Assembly: GCA_963666985.2 (NCBI GenBank)
Contig: CAXXIA010000001.1
Location: 416,001-480,000, forward strand
Length of the DNA stretch: 64,000 nt
From: Spirochaetia bacterium
GTDB taxonomy: Bacteria > Spirochaetota > Spirochaetia > DSM-2461
Direction: 5' to 3'
The position numbers were made by a program, and so were the translations under genes. Each line of letters starts with the position of its first letter. Position 1 is the first letter of the stretch. Under the pieces are notes generated by a model that searched no databases, was not told where the DNA came from, and was given only the letters and a program-made list of their open reading frames with translations. Positions 8,533-17,782 of the stretch are shown in pieces.

Positions 8533-9438
8533 TTAAAGTGATTCCACCGTGCTCCGATTGGACGAAATTGCTTTTTGATATTCCGAGGGCAAAATTCCCG
8601 TGTAGCGCTTGAACTGTCTGATGAAGTGGCTTTGATCCGAAAATCCGCAGTCCTGGGCAATCTCGGTTAACGAATCGTTTTTACGCATCAGGGTGAGGGC
8701 TTTGCGAATTCGTCCGTCGGTCAGACTCGAATGAGGAGTCAGGCCGTAGCGTCGGGAGTATTTTCGAAGAAAATCGTACTTGCTCATTCCGGCGAAGGAT
8801 GCCATCTCTTCGATGCTCAGGGTCCGTTCGGGATTCTCCGTGATGATTCGATGCACGTTATCCAGAAGGGGTTGGGAATCGGCGTTTTCGCCGGTGGAAC
8901 CGCCTCCATGGGGAGTGAAGCCGCCCTTATCGAATTCGGAAGCGCCTCCGGCACCGTTATCGGTTGGAGGGCCTTTCCGGTTATGGGCTTTGATATTCGC
9001 CGAAGCGGCTTTGGGGGTCGGCAAGAGAGAAACAAGTGCGCCGCTCAGCTCCTGTTCCATCGAGTCCAAATCCCGGCCGTTCGTCAGACGGGCGAAGAAT
9101 TCTTTCCATTGACTTGATGCGCGGGGTGAGTGCGGAGCGATCAGATGAGCGTCCATGCCCGTATTTTCAATAAACCACGCGGGATTGAAGTAGAGCATAT
9201 GGAAATTGAATCGATCCGGATCCGAGGGAATGCAGAGATGCGCGAAATCAGGCGGAATGACGATGAGATCGCCTTCTTTCAGGCTGAAGTTCAGTCCTTC
9301 AACGGTGACACAAGCCGAACCGCTGAGAATGATTCCTATGGAGAGTTCTTCGTGGGTATGCGGACGTTCCGAAAACGTATCGGGACCCTGTTTGGACTTC
9401 ATGGAAAGGAAGGGGAGCTTGGGAATTTCGAGAATCAT
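8533..9438 (-). CDS. AraC family transcriptional regulator
   Basis: Cupin motif PHTHEELSIG and C-terminal HTH (EIAQDCGFSDQSHFIRQFK). The start was moved to the ATG at 9438 to avoid overlapping dapL. Confidence 0.88.
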   Translation of the reverse strand: MILEIPKLPFLSMKSKQGPDTFSERPHTHEELSIGIILSGSACVTVEGLNFSLKEGDLIVIPPDFAHLCIPSDPDRFNFHMLYFNPAWFIENTGMDAHLIAPHSPRASSQWKEFFARLTNGRDLDSMEQELSGALVSLLPTPKAASANIKAHNRKGPPTDNGAGGASEFDKGGFTPHGGGSTGENADSQPLLDNVHRIITENPERTLSIEEMASFAGMSKYDFLRKYSRRYGLTPHSSLTDGRIRKALTLMRKNDSLTEIAQDCGFSDQSHFIRQFKRYTGILPSEYQKAISSNRSTVESL

Positions 9439-9619
9439 CGGAACGAATATAACGAATCGAAAGAGCCGAACCAAGGGAAGATGGACTTGATTCGCCGATT
9501 TCAGCCCTCCGGCGCCGCTTATAGAGCGATGATCAAGAAATCGGCGCCGTTCATGAGGGTTCGCTTCCGGCTGCTCGCGGCATCGGAAAGGCCGCACTCC
9601 ATGGAACCGGATTCGGCCG

Positions 9620-10837
9620 TCAGCCCAGAGCTTTGATGATCCGTCCGACGGCGTCATCCACGGCTTCATGGTCATTGAAAGCCGAAATGCGGATGAATCC
9701 TTCGCCCATTTTGCCGAAACCGCTTCCGGGTGTTACCACGACATCGGCCTCTTTTAAAAGGAGATCGAAGGTGTCCCAGGAGTCCCTTCCGGTTTTCACC
9801 CAAAGGTAAGGACTGTTCACGCCGCCCCAAACCTCGAAGCCGATTTTTTCCATGGCTTTTCGAATGATTTTCGCGTTGCCCAGGTAATAGGTGATGAGAT
9901 CGGCGGTTTCTCTGGAACCTTCGGGGGTGTATACGGCCGCCGCCGCTTTTTGTACCGGGTAGGAAACGCCGTTGAATTTCGTGGAGTGTCTGCGGTTCCA
10001 CATGTCGCGGAGTTTGATTCCTCCGATGCTGATGGCGTTCGGTACCACCGTGTAGGCGCAGCGAGTGCCGGTAAAGCCCGCCGTTTTCGAAAAGCTTCTG
10101 AATTCAACGGAACATGTTTCGGCGCCGGGGATTTCATAGATGCTTTTGGGAAGTTCCGGATCCGTAATAAAGGCCTCGTAAGCGGCGTCGAAGAGCAGGA
10201 TCGATCCCTTGGATTTTGCCCAGTCCACCCATTCGGTAAGCTGGGCCTTCGTGGCCGTCGCGCCGGTGGGATTGTTCGGGAAGCAGAGGTAGACCAGATC
10301 GGCGTTTTTCCCTTTGAGAGCATCCGGCGAAGGGACGAAACCGTTCTCCGGGGTTCCTTCAATATAGAGAAGACCGTCGTATCGGCCGTCGACGGAGTTC
10401 CCGGTGCGGCCCGCCATAACGTGAGATTCCACATAAACCGGGTAAACGGGATCGGGAACCGCGACGGTGATGTCGGTCGTGAAGAGTTCCTGAAAGTTTC
10501 CGGTGTCGCATTTCGCGCCGTCCGATACGAAAATATCGTCCGCAGAAATCGAACATCCGCGTGAGGCGTAGTCGGCCTCGGCAATGGCGTTCCTCAGGAA
10601 CGCATAGCCCTGCTCCGGGCCGTATCCTCTGAAGGTCGCCGCGTCGGCCATTTCATCCACCCCTTCGTGAAAGGCGTTGATGATGGACGGCGGAAGAGGG
10701 CGGGTAACATCCCCGATTCCGAGTTTGATGATTTTTTTGTCGGGGTTGGCGGAGATATAGTCGGTAACCCGCCGATTGATTTCAACGAAGAGGTAGCTGG
10801 ACTGCAGCTTGGCGTAATGTGTATTCAGGCGAATCAT
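9620..10837 (-). CDS. dapL: LL-diaminopimelate aminotransferase
   Basis: Motifs LGIGDVT, GYGPEQGY, SDGAKCD, CFPNNPTG and SFSKTAGFTGTRC. Confidence 0.96.
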   Translation of the reverse strand: MIRLNTHYAKLQSSYLFVEINRRVTDYISANPDKKIIKLGIGDVTRPLPPSIINAFHEGVDEMADAATFRGYGPEQGYAFLRNAIAEADYASRGCSISADDIFVSDGAKCDTGNFQELFTTDITVAVPDPVYPVYVESHVMAGRTGNSVDGRYDGLLYIEGTPENGFVPSPDALKGKNADLVYLCFPNNPTGATATKAQLTEWVDWAKSKGSILLFDAAYEAFITDPELPKSIYEIPGAETCSVEFRSFSKTAGFTGTRCAYTVVPNAISIGGIKLRDMWNRRHSTKFNGVSYPVQKAAAAVYTPEGSRETADLITYYLGNAKIIRKAMEKIGFEVWGGVNSPYLWVKTGRDSWDTFDLLLKEADVVVTPGSGFGKMGEGFIRISAFNDHEAVDDAVGRIIKALG

Positions 10838-10993
10838 AAGTCCATCCTAATAAATGAGCGTGAATTGTGGAAGCGGCGCGGGAGGAGAGAGCGGAGTGCG
10901 GTTTTTCATCCGGAGCTATCCGGACGGTGAGTCGTCCGGCGGAGAGGCAAAAATCGCATAGACTCATCCTCTTTGAACCGCTATCGTATTCAT

Positions 10994-11881
10994 ATGCTGA
11001 TCAAAGACATCCTGACCGTCGGGAAAACGGCCGTAAGTTTTGAATTTTTCCCTCCCAAAACACCCAAAGGGTGGGAGGTTTTGTTTGAGACCATCGCCGA
11101 TCTAACGGTTTTGAAGCCGGCCTATGTAAGTGTTACTTACGGAGCGGGCGGTTCCACCCGAGACAGAACGCACGATCTTGTTACCCGGATTCATGAAGAG
11201 ACCGATCTTGAAGTGGTTGCTCATCTGACATGCGTCGGGCATCGATTCGATGAAATCAAGAGAATCCTCGATCGTTATGCCGAAAGCGGCATCGGCAATA
11301 TTCTCGCTCTCCGCGGAGATCCTCCCGCCGATAAGGCGGTCGACGGGACTTTCGACGGAGATTTTCCCTATGCTTCCGATCTTGTGGCTTTTATCCGGGA
11401 TATTCATCCCGAAATGGGCATCGGCGTTGCCGGATTCCCCGAGGGGCATTCGGCCGTTACCAATCGCCTAACGGAGCTGGAGCATTTAAAAGAGAAAGTC
11501 GACGCGGGAGCCGATTACATCGTTACCCAGCTTTTTTTCGACAACCGGGATTATTTCGACTATGTGGAGCGCTGCCGCCTTGCCGGAATCGGCATTCCGG
11601 TTATAGCGGGAATCATGCCGATTACCGGCGGAAAGAACATGCTCAGGATGGCCGAACTTTCCCCCAGAACCCGTTTCCCGGCCGGATTAATCCGTACCGT
11701 GGAGAGGGCCGGAACCGAAGAGCGGATTGAAATGGCCGGAACGCATTGGGCCGCCGAGCAGGTTCGGGATCTTCTGGACCACGGAGTTCCGGGAATCCAT
11801 CTTTATACGCTGAATCATTCGGCGGCCACTCTCCGTATCGGGGAATCTTTGGGATTGGCCGGATTCGACGACCTTCTCTGA
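10994..11881 (+). CDS. metF: Methylenetetrahydrofolate reductase
   Basis: Motifs SFEFFPPK, SVTYGAGG, AHLTC, LALRGD and TQLFFD. Confidence 0.96.
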   Translation: MLIKDILTVGKTAVSFEFFPPKTPKGWEVLFETIADLTVLKPAYVSVTYGAGGSTRDRTHDLVTRIHEETDLEVVAHLTCVGHRFDEIKRILDRYAESGIGNILALRGDPPADKAVDGTFDGDFPYASDLVAFIRDIHPEMGIGVAGFPEGHSAVTNRLTELEHLKEKVDAGADYIVTQLFFDNRDYFDYVERCRLAGIGIPVIAGIMPITGGKNMLRMAELSPRTRFPAGLIRTVERAGTEERIEMAGTHWAAEQVRDLLDHGVPGIHLYTLNHSAATLRIGESLGLAGFDDLL

Positions 11882-12129
11882 TAAGATTCTTCGGAGATCG
11901 GCGTACTCCTGTGTGGCGTCCCGGTCCGTTTCCTGCGGAGGGGAGGCTTGCGGAAACTGTATCGTTGAATTACAAAGGCGGCCGGCGAAGAGTCACTATA
12001 CCCGCCCCTTGGATTCAATTCACGCCGATCCTCCGCCGTTTCGCTGTTTTGGAATTTCCGGAACACCGCGCGAGCCGATGAAAAGCGCGCGGCTCAAGAG
12101 ATTCCGCGAAAGCAAAGATCGTGTGAAAA

Positions 12130-13224
12130 TCAGTCTTTCCCGACGGTCTTTTCAACGGCTTTTCGATAGTCGTTTGCTCGTTTTTTCAGAAGGCGGTTCA
12201 TTCTGGCGGCGGCGCCGGCCGAAGGGATTTTCATCCGTATGTCGGGAAAATCCTGAGCGGCCTGTGGGGATGAAGCCTCGTCGATGAAATCCTCGATGGG
12301 AGAGACCGCACGGAACGCGAAAGGGGTAACAACGACTAAATCGGCCTCCTTCTCCGGTGCCGCCGCCTCCCATCCTTCGAAAGGAAGCGATGCGGTCTCG
12401 AAGGCAAAGCTCCGGTCCCGAATATCGCGGCGAGCGCTTTCGGTTCCGATGATGTCGTGTCGAGGCAGATAATGGGCGACAACATAAGGATTCGTAATAC
12501 CGGCGCCGCTTTTAAGCCGGGGAAGATCTTCGGCTCTAACCCAAAGAATTCCTTGAAAAGGTTTCTGATTCCCGATCATTTCCTCCGCATCGTCGGCGTA
12601 TTCATTCTCTTCGGCCGCGTTCTCCGGGGTGGTTTCGGGATTTTCAAGAAGGGACGAATCCGAATCGGCGTTCGCCGACTGAAGAATCCCCGGATTAAAC
12701 ACACGGTTTGTGGAGAGAGGCAGAAGCTTTATCGGTTCTTCATCCGGCGCAAGGTACGAATTGAACGTTCTGACATAGAGAATAAAATCCCGGTACTCAC
12801 GGTAGCCGAGGGAAGCGTCGGCGTTCAAAAGCAGCTTCTCGGCGTCTTTTACGGCCTCCGATTCGCCGAGGTTGCGGTCGGAAAGAAAAGTGTTTAATGA
12901 ATTCATGAAATTTGAGTTTAAAAAGAAGATGCCCCATTCCCTGATTCCCGAATCATAGAGAGCGGGCAGGAGACTGATCGCCAAATCAACCGTATCGGCC
13001 CGCATGGCATTATCCTGTAAGAGAATAACGGTTGCACCCGCATCATGGGCCTCCGCTATGAGATCCGCCGGAGACGGTCTGTCGGTATCCAGCCATTGAT
13101 GGAAATTCAGCGCGTTGGCGGAGGAGTATAACGCCTCGTTATTTCCGCAGGAGAGGAGGAACAGCGTCGCGGCGGTGAGTAGGAGAACGCGAAGCCTGTT
13201 CCCGATTATGAACTTATTCGACAT
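12130..13224 (-). CDS. Hypothetical lipoprotein
   Basis: Signal peptide with lipobox LLSC and an acidic internal linker. Confidence 0.65.
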   Translation of the reverse strand: MSNKFIIGNRLRVLLLTAATLFLLSCGNNEALYSSANALNFHQWLDTDRPSPADLIAEAHDAGATVILLQDNAMRADTVDLAISLLPALYDSGIREWGIFFLNSNFMNSLNTFLSDRNLGESEAVKDAEKLLLNADASLGYREYRDFILYVRTFNSYLAPDEEPIKLLPLSTNRVFNPGILQSANADSDSSLLENPETTPENAAEENEYADDAEEMIGNQKPFQGILWVRAEDLPRLKSGAGITNPYVVAHYLPRHDIIGTESARRDIRDRSFAFETASLPFEGWEAAAPEKEADLVVVTPFAFRAVSPIEDFIDEASSPQAAQDFPDIRMKIPSAGAAARMNRLLKKRANDYRKAVEKTVGKD

Positions 13225-13612
13225 GAATACCTTCTTCTTTCAGTCTCGCGGCAAGCCGGTCGGCATCGGTTCGCTTCAGCCTGATGCTTACGGGTTTAAA
13301 ACCTTTGGAATCCAATGTCAGGCGATTTGCGGAGCGGCGTTTGCAGCTGCGGATTCCGTTAAAGGGATGAGATTCGGCATTGTGCCTGTAATGCAGATAT
13401 AAAAGTAACCGATCCGATTCAACGCGAACCAGAGGACTCTTGTTCCCGTAGATCACCAGAAATGTAACCAGAACAATCCCACCGAGATAGACCGATGTGT
13501 CCTGAATGGTGAAATTGACCAAGAGAGGCCGAAGGGCCGGAAAAAACGGCAGCAGATACAGATAATGGACAAACCGCGTCACAGGATGTCTTTTCAGGAC
13601 GAGTGGGGTCAT
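13214..13612 (-). CDS. Hypothetical membrane protein
   Basis: Two N-terminal TM segments and a basic soluble domain. It overlaps the start of the lipoprotein gene. Confidence 0.65.
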   Translation of the reverse strand: MTPLVLKRHPVTRFVHYLYLLPFFPALRPLLVNFTIQDTSVYLGGIVLVTFLVIYGNKSPLVRVESDRLLLYLHYRHNAESHPFNGIRSCKRRSANRLTLDSKGFKPVSIRLKRTDADRLAARLKEEGIHVE

Positions 13613-13793
13613 CGGGATATCCTACGTCTTAATCGGTCTTCCGGTCCAGCGGGCGGTTAAGGGATGCGGAGTGAAGATGACCCCGAATGGGAATCCCGCC
13701 GGATTCTTCCCGGTATGGTATGCCGATACTTCCTTCATGCGGCGAGGGATTATCAAACCGCCTCATCTCATCATGAACGTTTTTAACATCCCG

Positions 13794-14720
13794 CTAGAGA
13801 TCCGCCCGAATGCAGCGGTTGCGTCCTTCCTCTTTTGCCTTATAAAGGGCCTTATCCGCCGCGGCGATGAGCTCGGCGGGACCGTCGGCTCCCGGACCGA
13901 ACGAAGCGAGCCCCATACTGATGGTTACCTTGCGGCCCGCGATGTCTCCGGCGCGCGCTTCGATGGCCTTTCGGGCTTTTTCCGCCACAAAAAAAGCCCC
14001 GTCGAGATCCGTTTCCGGCAATATAAGGACCATTTCCTCACCGCCGTAGCGTGCGGCGACATCCGAAGCTCTGCAGCTTCCTTTTAAGAGATCGGCTACG
14101 GCTCTGAGAACTTCGTCACCTTTTTGATGACCGAAATCATCATTATAACTCTTGAATTTATCGATATCGCCCATAACCAAGCTTAACGGCCGTCCGTATC
14201 GGGCCGACCGATCAACCTCTTCTTTGAGTTTCATGTCGAAATAACGGCGGTTGAAGAGACCCGTAAGCTGGTCGCGGAACGCCATGTCCGAGAGGGAGTC
14301 CCTCTTTTGGTTGTAGTAGCGTTTGAGTTCCCGAATTTTTTCCGCGGTTTTCGGATTGTCCGTTTCCTTGACGAGTTCATGGATTTTGCTTTCGAAAATC
14401 AGCGTATCGTCGGGGCTCGGCTGGGAATCATGCTCTCCGGATGTAACGATATACTGAAGATCGTGCGGACCGATACGAATCTTATCTCCATCGAGAAGGC
14501 GGATGGTTCCGGCTTTCCCGCCATTCACATATGTTCCGTTTGTGCTTTGCAGATCAACAAGAGCGAAACCGGTTCCGGACCATTTTAACGCCGCATGACG
14601 GCGGGAAACTCGTTCGTCGGGCAGTATGATGTCCACATCGCGGGAACGCCCGATAAGATATTGCCGTCCTTTGGCGAGTTTGATGTGTGTATCAAGATAG
14701 TACAGATAGTGCTCTTCCAT
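13794..14720 (-). CDS. FHA-domain diguanylate cyclase
   Basis: FHA motifs GR, VSRRHA and STNGT. GGDEF motifs DQLTGLFNRR, DIDKFK, an RASD I-site and GGEEM. Confidence 0.92.
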   Translation of the reverse strand: MEEHYLYYLDTHIKLAKGRQYLIGRSRDVDIILPDERVSRRHAALKWSGTGFALVDLQSTNGTYVNGGKAGTIRLLDGDKIRIGPHDLQYIVTSGEHDSQPSPDDTLIFESKIHELVKETDNPKTAEKIRELKRYYNQKRDSLSDMAFRDQLTGLFNRRYFDMKLKEEVDRSARYGRPLSLVMGDIDKFKSYNDDFGHQKGDEVLRAVADLLKGSCRASDVAARYGGEEMVLILPETDLDGAFFVAEKARKAIEARAGDIAGRKVTISMGLASFGPGADGPAELIAAADKALYKAKEEGRNRCIRADL

Positions 14721-14931
14721 ATGTTCCCGTCCTCAGTTTAAGGGGCGTGTAAAGGGGCATCAAGATGCTGTGCCTGTGAGTGATTGTAACGCGTGAGACG
14801 GCCGCGTCGGCAAACGGTGTTTTCTCTTGCCGGCGCGGCCTTGAGCGGTTTGAGCACGCCGCCGGGGTGGATCGCCGTATTTTCCTTGCCGATGGAGAAG
14901 AACTCCGTGCTTTCCTCGCCGCCGGGGCAAA

Positions 14932-16053
14932 TCATTCCAGATTCTCAGGGTTCAGCCCCTCAAGCTCCGGAAGAATGAAACGGCCGTTTTTCCGAATCAG
15001 AACATCATCAAACCAAATCTCACCGCCTCCGCTGTTTTCTTCCTGCAGGAGTACGATATCCCAGTGAAGGGCGGATTTATTGCCGTTCGGCGCTTCATCG
15101 TAACTGTTTCCGGGTGTGAAATGGATGCTCCCGCGGATTTTTTCATCAAAGAGCGTATTATTGACCGGTTTTTCCACATAGGGATTCACGCCCAGGGCGA
15201 ATTCTCCGATGTACCTGGCTCCCTCATCCACATTCAGCACAGTGTTGATTCTTTCGGTATCGTTGGCCGTTGCCTCGACGATGCGCCCGTTTTCAAAACG
15301 AAAGCGGATATTCGTGAATTGGAAACCGTCATGAATGGATGCGGTGTTATAGGCGATAATCCCTTCAACCGATTTTTTAACCGGTGCGGTATAGATTTCT
15401 CCGTCCGGGATGTTGCATTCGCCGAAGCAGGGAACAACCGGAATATCCTTGATGCTGAAAGAAAGATCCGTTTCTCCGGGACCAAGAATCCGCACCCGAT
15501 CCGTTCTCTCCATCAATTCCTTCAGCGGAAGCATGGCATAACCCATCGCTTTGTAGTCCACCGAGCAAACCCGATAATACCAGTCTTCAAACGCCTCAAG
15601 ACTCATCCCCGCGGACTGAGCGAAAGCCGGTGTCGGATATCGAAGAACCACCCAGCGGGTTTTGGGAAGGCGAATCTTCATGTGGACCGGATTCACATAA
15701 TGTTCCTGGTAAAGCGCCATTGTTTCACCGGGAATATCCGCCAGCTCCAGAGCGTTCTCGGGCGCCGTGAAACCCACATACGCATCCATGAGCCGCATCT
15801 GTGCGGCATCGGCCTCGGCCGCCAGGTCCATTTGCGCGGTATCGGCCTCTTTGAGCCATTCGCGCAGAGTTGAGGGATGATCGATTTTATAAACAGGGTA
15901 GGCGCCGGCCTCTTTTGAAGCCTTAATAACGGCCCTGATCAGGGGTTCCGAAAGAAGTCCGTTCCCCTGAATGAGAACTTTTTCACCTTTTTGGAGTTTC
16001 AGAGAGTGATTCACGATGATATCGGCGAGTTTGTCGTTTCTGGAATCGTACAT
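14932..16053 (-). CDS. Aminopeptidase (M29/AmpS family)
   Basis: Motifs NIPDGE, GEFALG, LFDEKI and SALHWD. The start is set at MYDSR. Confidence 0.92.
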   Translation of the reverse strand: MYDSRNDKLADIIVNHSLKLQKGEKVLIQGNGLLSEPLIRAVIKASKEAGAYPVYKIDHPSTLREWLKEADTAQMDLAAEADAAQMRLMDAYVGFTAPENALELADIPGETMALYQEHYVNPVHMKIRLPKTRWVVLRYPTPAFAQSAGMSLEAFEDWYYRVCSVDYKAMGYAMLPLKELMERTDRVRILGPGETDLSFSIKDIPVVPCFGECNIPDGEIYTAPVKKSVEGIIAYNTASIHDGFQFTNIRFRFENGRIVEATANDTERINTVLNVDEGARYIGEFALGVNPYVEKPVNNTLFDEKIRGSIHFTPGNSYDEAPNGNKSALHWDIVLLQEENSGGGEIWFDDVLIRKNGRFILPELEGLNPENLE

Positions 16054-16150
16054 ACGAGGGATGATAGCGAGATCTCTGCCGAACGTGAAGAGAATTGAAT
16101 CTGCTGGGGATAATCCCGCCGTGCGTTCAGCGGGGCCGCCGCTTGGTTTT

Positions 16151-17782
16151 CTATTCTTGCCGTTCCAAAGCGGCAATTTCCCCGGCCAAATAAAAAGATC
16201 CGGTTACCAGAATGGGCCGACTCTCGCCGGCCGTCTCCAGAGCCCGCGACCAAGCTTCCGCGGTATCGGGAATAAGATTCACCGCCGCGCCGACACGGCG
16301 GAAGGCTTCGGCGATTCCCGGAGGATCGCTGCGCTTAAAGGTTCCAGGCGTACTGATAATCACGTCGGTAAACGCCGGATGCCTTCCGCCGCAGAGCTCT
16401 TTCGCCATTCCCTCGACATCTTTTCCCAGGGCGCAGCCGAAGATGAGGATGGGGGAGGGCATCGGCCGGGAATCCGCGGCCGTCGAACGGACAACCTCCA
16501 AAAACGCATCACGAAGAGCCGCCGCGGAGTGCGGAGTATGGGCACCGTCGATAATGACCGGCGGCGATGTTCGCAGCCAATGAAATCGGCCCGGAAGACG
16601 GATGTCTTGCAGAACATCGCCCGCTGAGCTGTTATCGGAAAGCGAGGATTCCAGGGAACGGGCCGCCAGGAGCGCCAGGGCGGCGTTTTCCGCCTGAATC
16701 CGCCCGCCCATCCGCAGCCGAATAATCTCCTCTTTCCCGTCCTTCCAGAAAAGTTTCCAGGTAAAGAAGTGCTGTTTGACATCGGCCTTCCATACGGGCG
16801 GCGCGGAGGGTGCCGAGGAGAGTGCGGCGTCGGATATGGCGGCGGGAGCGGCCGGATTTTCAACCGGTGTTGATAACGCGGCCGCTCCCGCGGAGGGCGG
16901 ATTCTCCGCTGTATCCCGTATTGAAAGACTTCCCGAAGGCGGATCGGCATGGACCGCGGAAATCGACATGAGGGCCGAGTCGATTCGTGTTAAGGGCACG
17001 CCCATTTTCCGGGCGCTTCTGCGAAATACGCGCATTGCCGCGGGATTTTGCCGCGCCGACCAAGCCCGCGTTCCGGCTTTGAGAATCCCGGCTTTCTCTT
17101 GGGCAATCTGAGAAAGGGTTCGTCCCAAAATCTCCGTGTGTTCTTTCTCAATCGGCGTGAAGAAGACGGCCTCGGGACGCAGAATGATATTGGTGGCATC
17201 CAGCCGTCCGCCGAGTCCCGTTTCCAGAACGACCGTGTCGCAGCCGCATTCGTTAAAAAGGAGGAAGGCGAAAAGTGTCAGAAGCTCGAAAGTCGTGGCG
17301 CCGCCTTCACCGGCCAAATTCGATTCAACTTCCGGCAGCTTCTTCAGAAGCGTACGGCCGACACTTAAGGCCGCTTCTTCAGGGAATGCTTCTCCTTCAA
17401 TGCGGAAGCGCTCCCTGTAATCGACCAGATGCGGCGATCCGTAAACACCGACACGTCTGCCTGCGGCATGCAGCAGCGCCGCCATATAAGAGGCAACCGA
17501 GCCCTTGCCCTTGGAACCGGCGATATGAACCGTCCTGCAGCGCTCTTGGGGATCGCCGAAGGCCCCGCAGAGCACGCGCATCCTATCAAGCCTGTAGACA
17601 CGGTTCGGATTCCCCGGAGGCAAGCCCTTTTCAAGGTTCGTACGGGCCTCGAAAGCGGCGAAAACTTCATCCAGATCGGTCGGCAGGGCCTGCCTTTCCG
17701 ATGATTTCGATAATGAATCTTCATCGCGAACCACAGGGAGACTTCGGACCGGCTTCGGCCCTTCGAATGAATTCTTCTTCAC
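16151..17782 (-). CDS. folC: Folylpolyglutamate synthase/dihydrofolate synthase
   Basis: Motifs HIAGSKGKGS, SPHL, ETGLGGRLDATN, DGAHT and TGSFYLAG. Confidence 0.93.
   Translation of the reverse strand: MKKNSFEGPKPVRSLPVVRDEDSLSKSSERQALPTDLDEVFAAFEARTNLEKGLPPGNPNRVYRLDRMRVLCGAFGDPQERCRTVHIAGSKGKGSVASYMAALLHAAGRRVGVYGSPHLVDYRERFRIEGEAFPEEAALSVGRTLLKKLPEVESNLAGEGGATTFELLTLFAFLLFNECGCDTVVLETGLGGRLDATNIILRPEAVFFTPIEKEHTEILGRTLSQIAQEKAGILKAGTRAWSARQNPAAMRVFRRSARKMGVPLTRIDSALMSISAVHADPPSGSLSIRDTAENPPSAGAAALSTPVENPAAPAAISDAALSSAPSAPPVWKADVKQHFFTWKLFWKDGKEEIIRLRMGGRIQAENAALALLAARSLESSLSDNSSAGDVLQDIRLPGRFHWLRTSPPVIIDGAHTPHSAAALRDAFLEVVRSTAADSRPMPSPILIFGCALGKDVEGMAKELCGGRHPAFTDVIISTPGTFKRSDPPGIAEAFRRVGAAVNLIPDTAEAWSRALETAGESRPILVTGSFYLAGEIAALERQE

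Noticed and set aside
14798..14840. GC-rich hairpin upstream of the FHA-GGDEF gene as a c-di-GMP riboswitch
   Set aside because: It is a single hairpin without the GEMM two-stem consensus, and the GGCAAAC word is on the wrong strand for that gene.
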